Assembly (NCBI GenBank): GCA_963835065.1
Contig: CAWIEK010000044.1
Coordinates: forward strand, 352,001 to 416,000
DNA from: an uncultured Chthonomonadaceae bacterium
GTDB taxonomy: Bacteria > Armatimonadota > Chthonomonadetes > Chthonomonadales > Chthonomonadaceae
Length of the DNA: 64,000 bases
Direction of reading: 5' to 3'
The notes below the pieces were generated by a model, which was given only the letters and a program-made list of their open reading frames with translations, ran no database searches and was not told the DNA's origin. A program made the position numbers and the translations under genes. Shown one piece after another: positions 21,763-31,934 of this stretch; the first letter of the stretch is position 1; each line of letters begins with the position of its first letter.

Positions 21763-22221
21763 ATGGTTCCTTTTAAGCAGATTTTTAACCCTTCCCGCGA
21801 TAAGGCAAAACGAGCCGCGCCTGCCAAGCCTGTCACGCCGCAGCAGAAATGGATGCGCGGTTTCATTGTGGTGTTTGGCGTGTTCGTGCTGCTGTGCTTT
21901 CTGGTGGCGGACCCGATTTTGCGCCATTTTCGCAAGAGTAACTTCAGCAATGCGCAGCCGCGAACAGGTGTCGCTACGATTGCGATGGTCGTCATGCCGC
22001 AGGCGAACTTTGAGGGCGCGTTAAAACAAGAAGATAAAGGTTACGTTGTGGTTCGTTTTCAAGGGCACTTGTGCAAAGTCAACAATGTCGCGCAGATCAC
22101 GCAGATGCGCGAAAACCAGGCGGTAAAAATCGTGTACCTTGTCGGCAAGCGCGGCGACATTGCCGTTGATTCGGCGGAACCCTTGATTACGTCACAGGCA
22201 GACGAGGCTTCCACCCCCTGA
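21763..22221 (+). CDS. Hypothetical single-TM membrane protein
   Basis: 152-aa ORF, AGGAG upstream, one hydrophobic helix. Confidence 0.7.
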   Translation: MVPFKQIFNPSRDKAKRAAPAKPVTPQQKWMRGFIVVFGVFVLLCFLVADPILRHFRKSNFSNAQPRTGVATIAMVVMPQANFEGALKQEDKGYVVVRFQGHLCKVNNVAQITQMRENQAVKIVYLVGKRGDIAVDSAEPLITSQADEASTP

Positions 22222-22380
22222 CGATAAACTTTCCGCGTTCCTAAGCGCCTGAAGATATTTGGAGCATGAAACGCTTCGATTGGCTATTTCATCCTGTTTT
22301 GCAGGTATTCTATCGGTATCGCTTTTTGGCGCCCTTTGTTCGGCCCTGTCGAACCCGTTGTTATGAGGAGACACGCACCC

Positions 22381-23703
22381 ATGAAACACGCGATTGTACG
22401 CACCGCCGCCCTCGGCCTGCTGTGTTCCACCGCCCTCAGCCTGACTGTCGTTCGCGCGGCGGAAACGGGCAAGGAACAGACCATCAAACTGAAGCTGGAC
22501 CCCACCGGCGCTCCGAAAACCGCCGGGTACTACCCGGTTCTGCTGCCTCTCAGCGCGGACAAGCCCGCCTCAATCACCAAAGAGCCGACCTATAAAGGTA
22601 CGCCCAAATACGGCGTAATTCATTTAGGGAACGGTCCGAAAGCCGATACCGTTTTTGCCGTAGATATGCCGACCGAAGGCGATTTCAAAATCTATGTGGA
22701 CAAAAACCACAACGGCGACCTGACCGATGATGGCGATGGCGCGTGGAGCGCCAAGCGCGAAGGCCAGCGCGCTATGTACGGCCTGAACCATTACACCCTC
22801 CGCGCTTCCTATGGAACGGCCAGCAAAGAAACCGGTTCGGCGGATTACGGCGTGGCGCTGTACCAGTTTGTCGGGCAGGATCAGGTGATTATGTACCGCG
22901 AAGCGGGCGCGACGGGCACGATTACAGTTGAAGGCAAGCCGCACAAGGCCGTTCTGGTGGAAAATGACGCCGATGCCCTGTTTGCAAAGCCGATGGGTGA
23001 CGACGGCAAGCCCCTCAAAGGCATGAAGGCCACTAAACCCGTCTGGCTGTTCATTGACCTGAACGACGACGGCAAATTCACCCGCGATGAGCTATTCGAC
23101 GCCCGCGCCCCCTTTATGCTCGGCAAGACCACAGTGGAGCCGATTGTCGCCGCCAATGGCACGGAGATCAAACTCAAACCGACTACCCGCGTCGCTTATG
23201 CGCCTCCCAAAGCGCCGGAAGCGCCCAAACTGCTGACAGCCGGAACCCTCGCGCCCGACTTCACCGCGCAGGCTCCCGATGGGCATACGGTCAAACTGTC
23301 CGACTATCGCGGCAAGGTCGTTGTGCTGGACTTTTGGGCGACGTGGTGCCCGCCGTGCCGCGCGTCCATGCCGCACCTGCAGCATCTGCACGAAACACTC
23401 AGCAGCAAGGGCGTGAAAGTGCTTGGCATCTGCGTTTCCGACGAGAAAAGCGCGTTCGACAAGTGGATTCCCGAACACAAGGAACTGACGTTTGAGTGCG
23501 CCTACGATCTCGCGGGCCGCAGCGGCAACAGCATTTCGGGCAAGCTGTACAACGTGTCCGGCATCCCCACAACCTACATCATTGACAAGAACGGCAAAGT
23601 GATAGATGCGGTTGTCGGCTACGAGGATGGCGACAAGCGCGTGGAAGCCGTTCTGAAGAAGGCCGGCGTGGAAGTGGATGCGAAGTCGGCGTCCATCAAA
23701 TAA
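22381..23703 (+). CDS. Exported TlpA/redoxin family protein with long N-terminal domain
   Basis: Signal peptide; C-terminal APDF...VVLDFWATWCPPC...GIPTTYIID. Confidence 0.9.
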   Translation: MKHAIVRTAALGLLCSTALSLTVVRAAETGKEQTIKLKLDPTGAPKTAGYYPVLLPLSADKPASITKEPTYKGTPKYGVIHLGNGPKADTVFAVDMPTEGDFKIYVDKNHNGDLTDDGDGAWSAKREGQRAMYGLNHYTLRASYGTASKETGSADYGVALYQFVGQDQVIMYREAGATGTITVEGKPHKAVLVENDADALFAKPMGDDGKPLKGMKATKPVWLFIDLNDDGKFTRDELFDARAPFMLGKTTVEPIVAANGTEIKLKPTTRVAYAPPKAPEAPKLLTAGTLAPDFTAQAPDGHTVKLSDYRGKVVVLDFWATWCPPCRASMPHLQHLHETLSSKGVKVLGICVSDEKSAFDKWIPEHKELTFECAYDLAGRSGNSISGKLYNVSGIPTTYIIDKNGKVIDAVVGYEDGDKRVEAVLKKAGVEVDAKSASIK

Positions 23704-23841
23704 CCTTCCGCGAACAGCGGCGGTTCGTAAATAGATCGCCACCAACACAACGGCGCAAACCATTGGCTCATGCAAACTTGCGTGAGCCAATCTGCCGCGT
23801 TACCCTGCCTGCATTGTAAAGATGATTTTTGGTAAGATGCT

Positions 23842-24180
23842 ATGCCTATCTATGAATTTGCCTGCGCGCAGTGTGGGCGCAAGTTCCGTAAACTGGTCGG
23901 CGTGGTCGCCAACGAGCGCCCGCTGCAATGCCCGCGCTGCCAGTCAACGGAAGCGAACCGTCTTATCAGCCGCTTTGCCCGCGTTCGGGGGGAAGACGAG
24001 TCGTTCGACGCGATGGCCGATGAAATGGAAGGCCTGGACGAAAACGATCCCAAAGCCATGCGCCGCCTGATGCGCGAAATGGGCAAGGAAATGGGCGAGG
24101 ACATGGAAGCCGACTTCGAGCAGATGATGGAGGAAGAAGCCGGAGGCGACGGGGCGAATGTGGGTGGGGAAGAGGAGTAA
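23842..24180 (+). CDS. FmdB-type zinc ribbon protein
   Basis: MPIYEFACAQCG...CPRC with acidic C-terminus. Confidence 0.9.
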   Translation: MPIYEFACAQCGRKFRKLVGVVANERPLQCPRCQSTEANRLISRFARVRGEDESFDAMADEMEGLDENDPKAMRRLMREMGKEMGEDMEADFEQMMEEEAGGDGANVGGEEE

Positions 24181-24300
24181 GTGTTCAGGTATTCAGGTGT
24201 TCGGGTATTCAGGACAATGCAAGAGCGCCACGTTCGTTTGTGCGCAGCAAAACTTGCAATTTAGTTCCTGAACACCTGAATACCTGAATACCTGAACACC
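24181..24300. repeat. Inverted octamer tandem repeats between convergent genes
   Basis: (gtrttcag)n ... (ctgaayac)n. Confidence 0.9.
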
Positions 24301-24302
24301 GT

Positions 24303-25379
24303 TTATGAATGTGATTCAGCGGGCACAATGTCGAACACGAGCCGCTCTACCGCGCGTCCGTCCCGGCGCAGGAGGGCGAGCGGGGTTTTTGCGCCGATTT
24401 TCTCTTCGGTCAGATGGCGGAGGAGATCGTCAATGCTGCCGACGGGCTTGTTGCCCATTGCCACAATCACGTCGTTTTCGCGCAGTCCCGCGCGCTGCGC
24501 CGGGCTGTTCGGCTCAATGGACTGCACCAGAACGCCGCTGTCCACGAGCAGGCTGAATTGGCGAGTTGCGGCGCGGGGCAGTTCCACGTTCTGGCCGCCC
24601 ACGCCGATATAGCTGCGCCGTACCCGCCCCTCCTTAATCAGTTTCATGGCAACAAATTTCGCTGTGTTGATGGCAATGGCGAAGCACAAGCCCTGCGCGG
24701 GCAAAATCGTCGCCGTATTGACGCCAATCACTTCCCCCGATGAATTGACCAGCGGCCCGCCCGAATTGCCCGGATTGAGCGCGGCGTCCGTTTGGATGAT
24801 GTTGTCCATCAAGCGCCCCGAATTGCCCCGCAGCGAACGCCCCAATGCGCTGACAACGCCCGCCGTCACCGTGTACTGGAAGCCATACGGGTTGCCGATG
24901 GCAATGGCAAGCTGTCCCACGCGCAAATGCGATGAGTCACCTAATCGCGCCGCGGTTAAATCCGGCGTGTCAATGCGGATCACGGCCAGATCGGTTTCCG
25001 GGTCTTCGCCAATCAGTTCCGCGACGGAATGCCGCCCATCTGAAAACAACACTTCGATCTTCTTGGCGTCATGCACGACATGGCTGTTGGTCAAAATATA
25101 GCCATCCGGCGTGAACACAAACCCGGAACCGCTGCCCTTCACTTCCTGACCGGCGCGCGGGTCTCGATTGCCACCCCGATTACCTTGCCCCCTGCTTTGC
25201 TGCGCCTGTGTCACCTCAATAAACACGACGGACGGGCTGACGCGCTCCGACGCCGACACGACAGCGTGAGAGTAAGCGTCCAGCAATGCGCCGTCCTCTA
25301 ATTGCCCGGCCTGCGCGCAAGTCGCGTTCGCAGCCGTTGCCCCGGTATTTCCACTCACAAATTCTAATGCGCCCTGCAT
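24303..25379 (-). CDS. HtrA/DegP-type trypsin-like protease with one PDZ domain
   Basis: GSGSGF, LTNSHV, TDLAV, IQTDAALNPGNSGGPL, C-terminal PDZ. Confidence 0.95.
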   Translation of the reverse strand: MQGALEFVSGNTGATAANATCAQAGQLEDGALLDAYSHAVVSASERVSPSVVFIEVTQAQQSRGQGNRGGNRDPRAGQEVKGSGSGFVFTPDGYILTNSHVVHDAKKIEVLFSDGRHSVAELIGEDPETDLAVIRIDTPDLTAARLGDSSHLRVGQLAIAIGNPYGFQYTVTAGVVSALGRSLRGNSGRLMDNIIQTDAALNPGNSGGPLVNSSGEVIGVNTATILPAQGLCFAIAINTAKFVAMKLIKEGRVRRSYIGVGGQNVELPRAATRQFSLLVDSGVLVQSIEPNSPAQRAGLRENDVIVAMGNKPVGSIDDLLRHLTEEKIGAKTPLALLRRDGRAVERLVFDIVPAESHS

Positions 25380-25539
25380 GTTCGCGCTCGCTTTCTTTGT
25401 CGCAACCCTGTTGTTGAATTAGGACTATTAAGACCTAATACGTTCTTCAAGGCTTTATAATACGCGGAAAGCGAGGAACGCGCAACCTATACCAAAGATT
25501 AGGAACTTCCTACCACGGGTTTGCTACGAAACCGGCCAT

Positions 25540-27036
25540 TCATTCATGGGCGGACAAGGCGCAGCGAAACCCGTAGGTATTATCTTTGTAGTCGGGAGTA
25601 TACCTTTCCCGATACGCAGAGCGGAAGACGCCTTGATTGAAGAAGTACCAGGAACCGCCGCGCAAAACCCGGTATTGGCCGGCACACATGTCTTTAGGAT
25701 CAGTGGCGGGCGCGGTTCTGCGGTAGTCCGTATCGTACCAGTCGGCGCACCACTGCCAGACATTGCCTGCCATATCCAAAATACCGTAAGGGCTGACCCC
25801 ATCCGCATACGTTCCTGCCGGAACCGTGCCGGAGCGTTTCTCATTGACGGAACTCCACAATTTGCTGTTGTCGAACTCGTTGCCCCACGGAAACTTGCGC
25901 CCGTCCGTGCCTCGCGCCGCCTTCTCCCATTCTGCTTCGGTAGGCAATCGCGTTCCCGCCCATGTACAGTAGGCCTGCGCATCCTCCCAGGAAACATTCA
26001 CGATAGGATGATCTTCTTTGGCCCAATCCGGGTTGAAGGAGGGCGCATCCGGCATTTTACGCGCGGTGTCTTGACAGAATTTCTTGTACTGCTCCACTGT
26101 AACCGGCTTTTTGTACATCCAGTAGCCGCTCAATCGGACGGCGCGGCGCGGATTATCGCTTATGTCGTCGTCACCCATTAGAAACTCGCCTGCCGGTATC
26201 AGCACCAGTTCCGCGCCGTCTTTGGGATTGACGCGCGTTTCGAACATACCGGACGGCTCTTCATACGTCTTGTTCTTCGCAATTTGCTGCGATAGGCGGG
26301 CAACTGCCCTGACCCCAAACGCATCCTTCAACAATTCGCCAATCTTCGCGTCAGCCAGAACGCGATTAACAATATCCGTGCCATAGTAGATGGCAACGCG
26401 GGTTTGCGCGAGGGGTTCCAGTTTGTCGGGCCGGGAGCGAACCCACTGTTTCACCGTTGCCAGAGCCTGGCGCGAGTTTCCGGCGGCATAGCGGGCGGCG
26501 ACGAGCGCGACAAAAGCCTCACTGCGATTCGGCATCAGAGGGGCGATCCGTTCCAGTGCGGTCAGAGCGGCTTTTGCCTGCCCCGCTTTTAATCGCCGCA
26601 ACGCAGCCGTAAACTGCGCCTCAGCAACTTTGTTGAAATAGGGACGCCACTTCTCCACCAGTTGAGCCGCCTGCATTCGTTGCTTGTTATCTGCGGCGGC
26701 ATCCCGCGCCTGCGCCGCTATCTGCGCCGCTTCCAGTTCTTCCTCCAAATCAAACAACATTCGCGCGGCTTTCAGGGCTGTATCTGTATGTGACGGCAGG
26801 GCGTAGGCCGCTTCCGCATACTTGCGGGCGGCTTTGGCTTTCAGCCCTTCTTCTTCGGCTGCCCTCCCTGCTGCCACAGCCCTCACATACGCGCGGGTAC
26901 TGCGAACCAGATCAAGCGACGCTTGCACATCGGCTTTGTTGGTTTTGGACGCGCGTTCGAGCGCGAAAGAAGGAGCGGCCAGGCACAACACTGGCAGAAG
27001 CGGCAGGACAGCATTGAGTAAACTTCCAAGTTTCAT
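25540..27036 (-). CDS. Exported TPR-like + FGE-sulfatase (SUMF1/CLec-fold) domain protein
   Basis: Signal peptide, helical N-terminus; PAGEFLMG, HPIVNVSWEDA, RLPTEAEWEKAARG, DMAGNVWQW, RGGSW, GFRC. Confidence 0.9.
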   Translation of the reverse strand: MKLGSLLNAVLPLLPVLCLAAPSFALERASKTNKADVQASLDLVRSTRAYVRAVAAGRAAEEEGLKAKAARKYAEAAYALPSHTDTALKAARMLFDLEEELEAAQIAAQARDAAADNKQRMQAAQLVEKWRPYFNKVAEAQFTAALRRLKAGQAKAALTALERIAPLMPNRSEAFVALVAARYAAGNSRQALATVKQWVRSRPDKLEPLAQTRVAIYYGTDIVNRVLADAKIGELLKDAFGVRAVARLSQQIAKNKTYEEPSGMFETRVNPKDGAELVLIPAGEFLMGDDDISDNPRRAVRLSGYWMYKKPVTVEQYKKFCQDTARKMPDAPSFNPDWAKEDHPIVNVSWEDAQAYCTWAGTRLPTEAEWEKAARGTDGRKFPWGNEFDNSKLWSSVNEKRSGTVPAGTYADGVSPYGILDMAGNVWQWCADWYDTDYRRTAPATDPKDMCAGQYRVLRGGSWYFFNQGVFRSAYRERYTPDYKDNTYGFRCALSAHE

Positions 27037-27255
27037 GGCAGTTTCCTTCCTGTATGGGACTTTCGTTATTAACAGGATAACCGTTCGGCTATGTCCGAAA
27101 GCGTGTCCGAATCGCCAAAACATCGTGTCCGAAGTATTCATGTTCAACCCGTGCCATTCATGGTCGGGGCTTAATCCAGATAAAGAAACTCGTTGGTGTT
27201 AAGGAGCAGGAGCCTTCTCCATAAAGAGGGGCGCAGTTTCATTCGGCATGAGGTT

Positions 27256-27702
27256 TTACTCCAACACCTGCGCAATCAGATTTTGCCACGTGGGGTTCGG
27301 CTCCCATATTCGATGCAGGTCTTGAGCAGCCACTTCCGGCGCGACATTCTGCTTGACAATACGATACAGGTACATGAAGGCGGAAACGCGCATGTTCATG
27401 GCGCAGTGGACGAAGACCTGCTTGCCTTCGTTCGCCTGCATCGTGGCAAAGAACTGTTCCACATCTTCGACCTTTGGCGCGTCCCATATCACGGGAATGG
27501 AAATATACTCCATGCCATTGCCTTCTACCAGGGCACACTCGTTGGGCAGTGTGTCAGCAGCAGGGCGCAGGTTTACCACAACCTCGTACCCGGCTGCTTT
27601 GACGATGGCTAATTGCTCGGCAGTCGGCTGGCCTGCCGTGCCAATTTGATCGGAAAGGCGCAAAAAGTGGGGAATGGCTTCGAGAGATGTATGGGACATC
27701 AA
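27256..27702 (-). CDS. DUF442/Blh-like phosphatase-fold protein
   Basis: TAGQP, VVNLRP, VFVHCAMNMR (Cx5R-like loop). Confidence 0.85.
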   Translation of the reverse strand: MMSHTSLEAIPHFLRLSDQIGTAGQPTAEQLAIVKAAGYEVVVNLRPAADTLPNECALVEGNGMEYISIPVIWDAPKVEDVEQFFATMQANEGKQVFVHCAMNMRVSAFMYLYRIVKQNVAPEVAAQDLHRIWEPNPTWQNLIAQVLE

Positions 27703-27837
27703 TGTACCTCCGGTTATTCCTGTACAGGCTGGTAGATTAAACCCAGATTGGTCAACTTCCCCTGACGAAAGCGTGATACCTCCCCAACACTATCGTTCTG
27801 GTGAGCCGCAGGAACGCCTTCTACATCACGGGTACGA

Positions 27838-29437
27838 TCAAACTGCGTAATCAAGGCTCCGCCATGAGGAAGCGGCTGGCAATCCGCTCCATAGCGCCCG
27901 TAACACTCGCATTTTTGAATGAGCGTTCGGCCTCGTATAGCCACGATGAAAGTTGTTTTCGGCGCGGTGATGCCCCTTGATGAAAACATACGGGCGTCCA
28001 TCCGTATCGTAAAAGACCTGCACGGCAGGCTGAAAGAAGAACGTTTCGCCGCCGAATTGCTTACCGCGTCGTCCGTTCCTGTCTACCAGAGCAACGCCCC
28101 ATGCGCCCTCTCCTCCCTCTTGATGAATTTCGGGACAACGCACTGTTTCCATCCAACGTCCCTTATCTACTGCAACGCGCGTTGGCCGCCTGGAATAAGC
28201 GTCTCTCCATCCCGATGCGGCCTGTCCTTCAATTCCTGCCATCTGCCTGTTGGCAATGGTTCCGGTTCGCAGCAGGCCGGCAACGCGCTCCTGGCCCAGA
28301 TGAATCGCCCGTTGTTCTGCCGTCCAATGCTTCTCATGGTCGCGCGCCTGCCGGTCTGCCCCATGTTTAAGTAAGGCTTGAACCACTGCCAGGTTGTCGT
28401 TCTGTGCCGCAAACATCAGCGCTGTCCAGCCCAGGTCGTCGCGTAAATTCACGTTTGCGCCCTGTGCCAGAAGCAGATGAAGAACGCGCGTTTCTCCATT
28501 GGCGGCTGCAAACATCAAGGGGAGTACGTCCGCGCTTGTCCCGGCTGTTCACTGACAATCCGCGCCGCAGCGCTTCTTTAGCGATAGCAGTATTCCCCGT
28601 TTCCGCGGCCCAGCAGAGCAGGTTCCATCCATTATTATGGGCAGTGGTGACATCTACCCCGCGCTGCAGCAACACCTTTAGGATGCTGAGACTGCCCGCA
28701 TCGTTGACGCTGACTTGTAAAGGCGTGTCACCGGTTTGATTGCCCTTGTTGATGTCGGCTCCTCTGGCAATCAGCCATTGCGCTATTTCCGGTTCCTCCA
28801 CTTCAATGGCAACCAGCAAAGGGGTATCTCCGTTGCTGTCAGTGGCATGAACATCTGCGCCCTTGTCCAACATGAGCCGCGCGAGAGTACGGCAGGTAGT
28901 GTCGCCATACACAGGCCGATTGAACTTGCGAAGGGTCGCAATCACGAGTGGAGGATTATAGTTCAAGTCGTAAGTTTTCACATTGGGATCAGCGCCGCGC
29001 GCAAGCAGCGTTTGCATGAGGTCAGCATGGTCTTCGAGAAAGGCGAGTGTCAGGGCGGTTTCATTGCTGCTGTTGACGGCATTGACGCGCGCGCCGGCAT
29101 CCAGCAGTCGCTGCGTGGAGAGAAAGTCGCCCTTTCGAGCCGCCAGCATTAGCGCAGTATCGGTCAGCGTATCAGCGGAGGAGCGGTGCAGCCAGAGACG
29201 GAGGATTTCATGCCAGGAACGAGGCGCCTGTGCGGTGTCGCGCGCGTTGGGATCGGCTCCCTGACGCAGCAAGGCCGGAAGTTCCTCGGACGCCTGCTGA
29301 TGAACGGCGTTGAGTAAAGCATGGTTGAGTCGTTCCTGCCGCGCCGCGCGCCACAGCAGCCAGCCGAATGCGCTGCCAGCCATCAAGAGTAGGCAGGAGA
29401 CAAGCATGATAGAATGTCGAGGAATACGTCTTTTCAT
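27838..29437 (-). CDS. N-terminally anchored ankyrin repeat protein (frameshift near 28520)
   Basis: TM helix then ankyrin repeats (TALMLAA, GDTPLLVA, GWTALMFAA) continuing from ORF 28367-29437 into ORF 27838-28518. Confidence 0.85.
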
Positions 29438-29764
29438 GGGTGTTGTTTCACCGGGAATACTCTTTGCCGTCTGTTCGGATATTGAAAAAAGGAATGTCTC
29501 TTAGTTCGACAGGAAGGGGCGGTTCCCCTTTGCAATGATTTGCCTGCTTGCAACAAAGAAACGGGCAGCCTTGTCAATCCACCCAGTGTGACAAAACGCC
29601 TCAACGCGCCAAAAGAATAAAATGGCAGCGTTGTCTTTTTGCTTGAAGGAGAAGAACGCTTATGGAAGCCCAATCTCGCCTTGCTTTCCCTGATAATAAT
29701 AAATAACAGGTATATTAGACTCTATACGATTTAGGGGCATAACAGAGGAAGGAGAGAACAGGAT

Positions 29765-30451
29765 TTGCAACTCACAGAGGCAGTACCCTGGGGCAGACTG
29801 GCAAGCGAGTACATCAGCATGTTCAGCCTGACGCCGCAAGACATGAACGGACGTATTCTGGATTGTGGGGGAGGGCCGAGCAGTTTTACGTCCGAGTTGA
29901 CAAAGCAGGGGAGGAGGGTGACTTCGTGTGATCCGCTGTATCAGTTTACCAGCGAGGAAATACGTCAGCGCATAGAGGAAACCTATGTCAAGATGACCGC
30001 CCTTAACGAAGCCAACAAGGACAACTTTCGTTGGGACATGTACGGTTCACCGGCTCAATTAGGGCAGACCAGGATGCGCGCCATGCGCCTGTTCCTGGAC
30101 GACTATTCACAAGGCCAGGAACAGCGACGGTATGTCACCGGAGAACTGCCCTGCTTACCATTTCCATGCGGCAGTTTCGACTTGGCGCTATGTTCGCACT
30201 TCCTGTTCACCTACTCCGAGCAGTTCACGGCGGAGTTTCACGTTCAGAGCATCATTGAAATGGCGCGCGTGGCCCACGAAGCACGTATTTTTCCTTTGCT
30301 CACGGCCTTCACGGGCGAACTCTCCCCGCATCTGCCCGCCGTTATGGAAGCGTTGCGTGAACAGGGCTGTTCGGTTGAAGTCTGCCCGGTGGCTTATGAG
30401 TTCCAGAAGCGCGGCAATCGAATGCTTTGCGTTGCCACGGGTTCGCGCTGA
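29765..30451 (+). CDS. Class I SAM-dependent methyltransferase-like protein
   Basis: ILDCGGGPSSF, LPF...FDLALCSHFLFTYS. Confidence 0.85.
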   Translation: MQLTEAVPWGRLASEYISMFSLTPQDMNGRILDCGGGPSSFTSELTKQGRRVTSCDPLYQFTSEEIRQRIEETYVKMTALNEANKDNFRWDMYGSPAQLGQTRMRAMRLFLDDYSQGQEQRRYVTGELPCLPFPCGSFDLALCSHFLFTYSEQFTAEFHVQSIIEMARVAHEARIFPLLTAFTGELSPHLPAVMEALREQGCSVEVCPVAYEFQKRGNRMLCVATGSR

Positions 30452-30520
30452 ACCGGCAACCCTGTTGGGTATTGCTGATTGCTGCCCTCTTTATTCGCGC
30501 GCTACCTTCGAGATATTCCC

Positions 30521-31315
30521 ATGACATACACCGGCTTGAAAGCCACTTTCGATGCGGTTGCGGCTGGCTATGACGCCGTTCGGCCCACCTACCCGCAAGA
30601 ACTGATCCACAGCATCCTTGACTTTTCCCAATTGCCCCAACAGGGGCGTATCCTCGAAGTCGGCTGTGGAACCGGGCAAGCAACGCTGCCGTTTGCCGCC
30701 AGAGGCTATGCCATGCTGTGTCTGGAACCGGGACACAATCTGGCTGCGACGCTTGCCCATCATGTTGCCCCGTTTCCCCGGATTGCAATTGAGGAAGTCA
30801 CCTTTGAGGATTGGCCTGTCGAAACAGAAGCCTTTGACCTGGTCATGGCAGCGCAATCCTTCCACTGGATACCTGCGGAGATCGGCTGCGCGAAAGCGGC
30901 ACAGGCGCTCAAACCCACCGGCAGCCTCGCCTTGTTCTGGAACCTGTCTCCTGATAGTGAAGGCCCGGAACACGAGGCCTGGTCACGGATACAGCAGGTG
31001 TATTGGGAATGTGCGCCGGAAATCGCGCATGAGCCGGGAGCCGATCCGCTGACAGCCCAGGTTCGTACTCTTGAGGCACAATTGCGGGCGCAGCACAAAT
31101 ACTTTCGGGACGTGGTTGTGCAGCAGTTTCCCTGGTCGCTACGCTATGACACGGCTCAATACCTGCAGCTTCTCAACACCTACTCCAATCATCTGACGCT
31201 GCCCGACGAAAGAAGAAAATGTCTGCGCGGTGGCATCGCTGAGGTTATTGAGCAACATGGAGGTTCTGTGAGCAAAAACTACGTCTCGTTGCTGCTGGCA
31301 GCCCACAAGGTGTAA
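30521..31315 (+). CDS. Class I SAM-dependent methyltransferase
   Basis: ILEVGCGTGQAT, FDLVMAAQSFHW, LKPTG. Confidence 0.92.
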   Translation: MTYTGLKATFDAVAAGYDAVRPTYPQELIHSILDFSQLPQQGRILEVGCGTGQATLPFAARGYAMLCLEPGHNLAATLAHHVAPFPRIAIEEVTFEDWPVETEAFDLVMAAQSFHWIPAEIGCAKAAQALKPTGSLALFWNLSPDSEGPEHEAWSRIQQVYWECAPEIAHEPGADPLTAQVRTLEAQLRAQHKYFRDVVVQQFPWSLRYDTAQYLQLLNTYSNHLTLPDERRKCLRGGIAEVIEQHGGSVSKNYVSLLLAAHKV

Positions 31316-31393
31316 ATAGGATCAGGCTGTTATGTGCAGCGCAGGCCGCTCATGGTATAGTTTTGTTCGCGCGCAGAGAAAATTTTGAGGAGG

Positions 31394-31870
31394 TCAGGGA
31401 AGCGTCACATTGGCAGCCGTAAAGGGCGTGTTGCCTTTTCGGGCGGACGTGTCCTGCGCGTAGAGGACGGTGTTGACCGTAGGCACAATGGCGGTTTGCG
31501 CAAGCGTGAACTGGTACGTCCAGCCGTTGGGATCGGAGTTGACCTGTCCGTTCGGGGTCGTGACCTGCTGCAATTTCTGCCGCCCGCCGATCAGCGATTG
31601 GCCGGAGGGGTTGAAAATATCAACCGCAGGCGGATTGGCCGGGTCGTAAGGATCGTTGAAGGCGATGTCGGCGTGGTAGAGAAACGTTTGCCCCCCGCCC
31701 ACCGTCGGCGTTCCCACGCGAGTAATCGTGGAACTCGTGACAAACGGCCCGTTGCTGGTATCAAAGTTGGAAGAGCTGTCGCTGCACCCGGTCAGCGCCA
31801 GCAGACAAACGCCGACAAGCAGGAAAAACGCGGCAAACGAACCTGTGATGTTTGTTAAAAGTAAGCGCAT
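31394..31870 (-). CDS. Putative lipoprotein
   Basis: Hydrophobic signal ending in LTGC lipobox. Confidence 0.75.
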   Translation of the reverse strand: MRLLLTNITGSFAAFFLLVGVCLLALTGCSDSSSNFDTSNGPFVTSSTITRVGTPTVGGGQTFLYHADIAFNDPYDPANPPAVDIFNPSGQSLIGGRQKLQQVTTPNGQVNSDPNGWTYQFTLAQTAIVPTVNTVLYAQDTSARKGNTPFTAANVTLP

Positions 31871-31934
31871 GGCAACTCTCCTGTAATTTAAATCCATTCG
31901 CGTTCATTCGCGTTCATTCGCGGCTAATTTCCAG

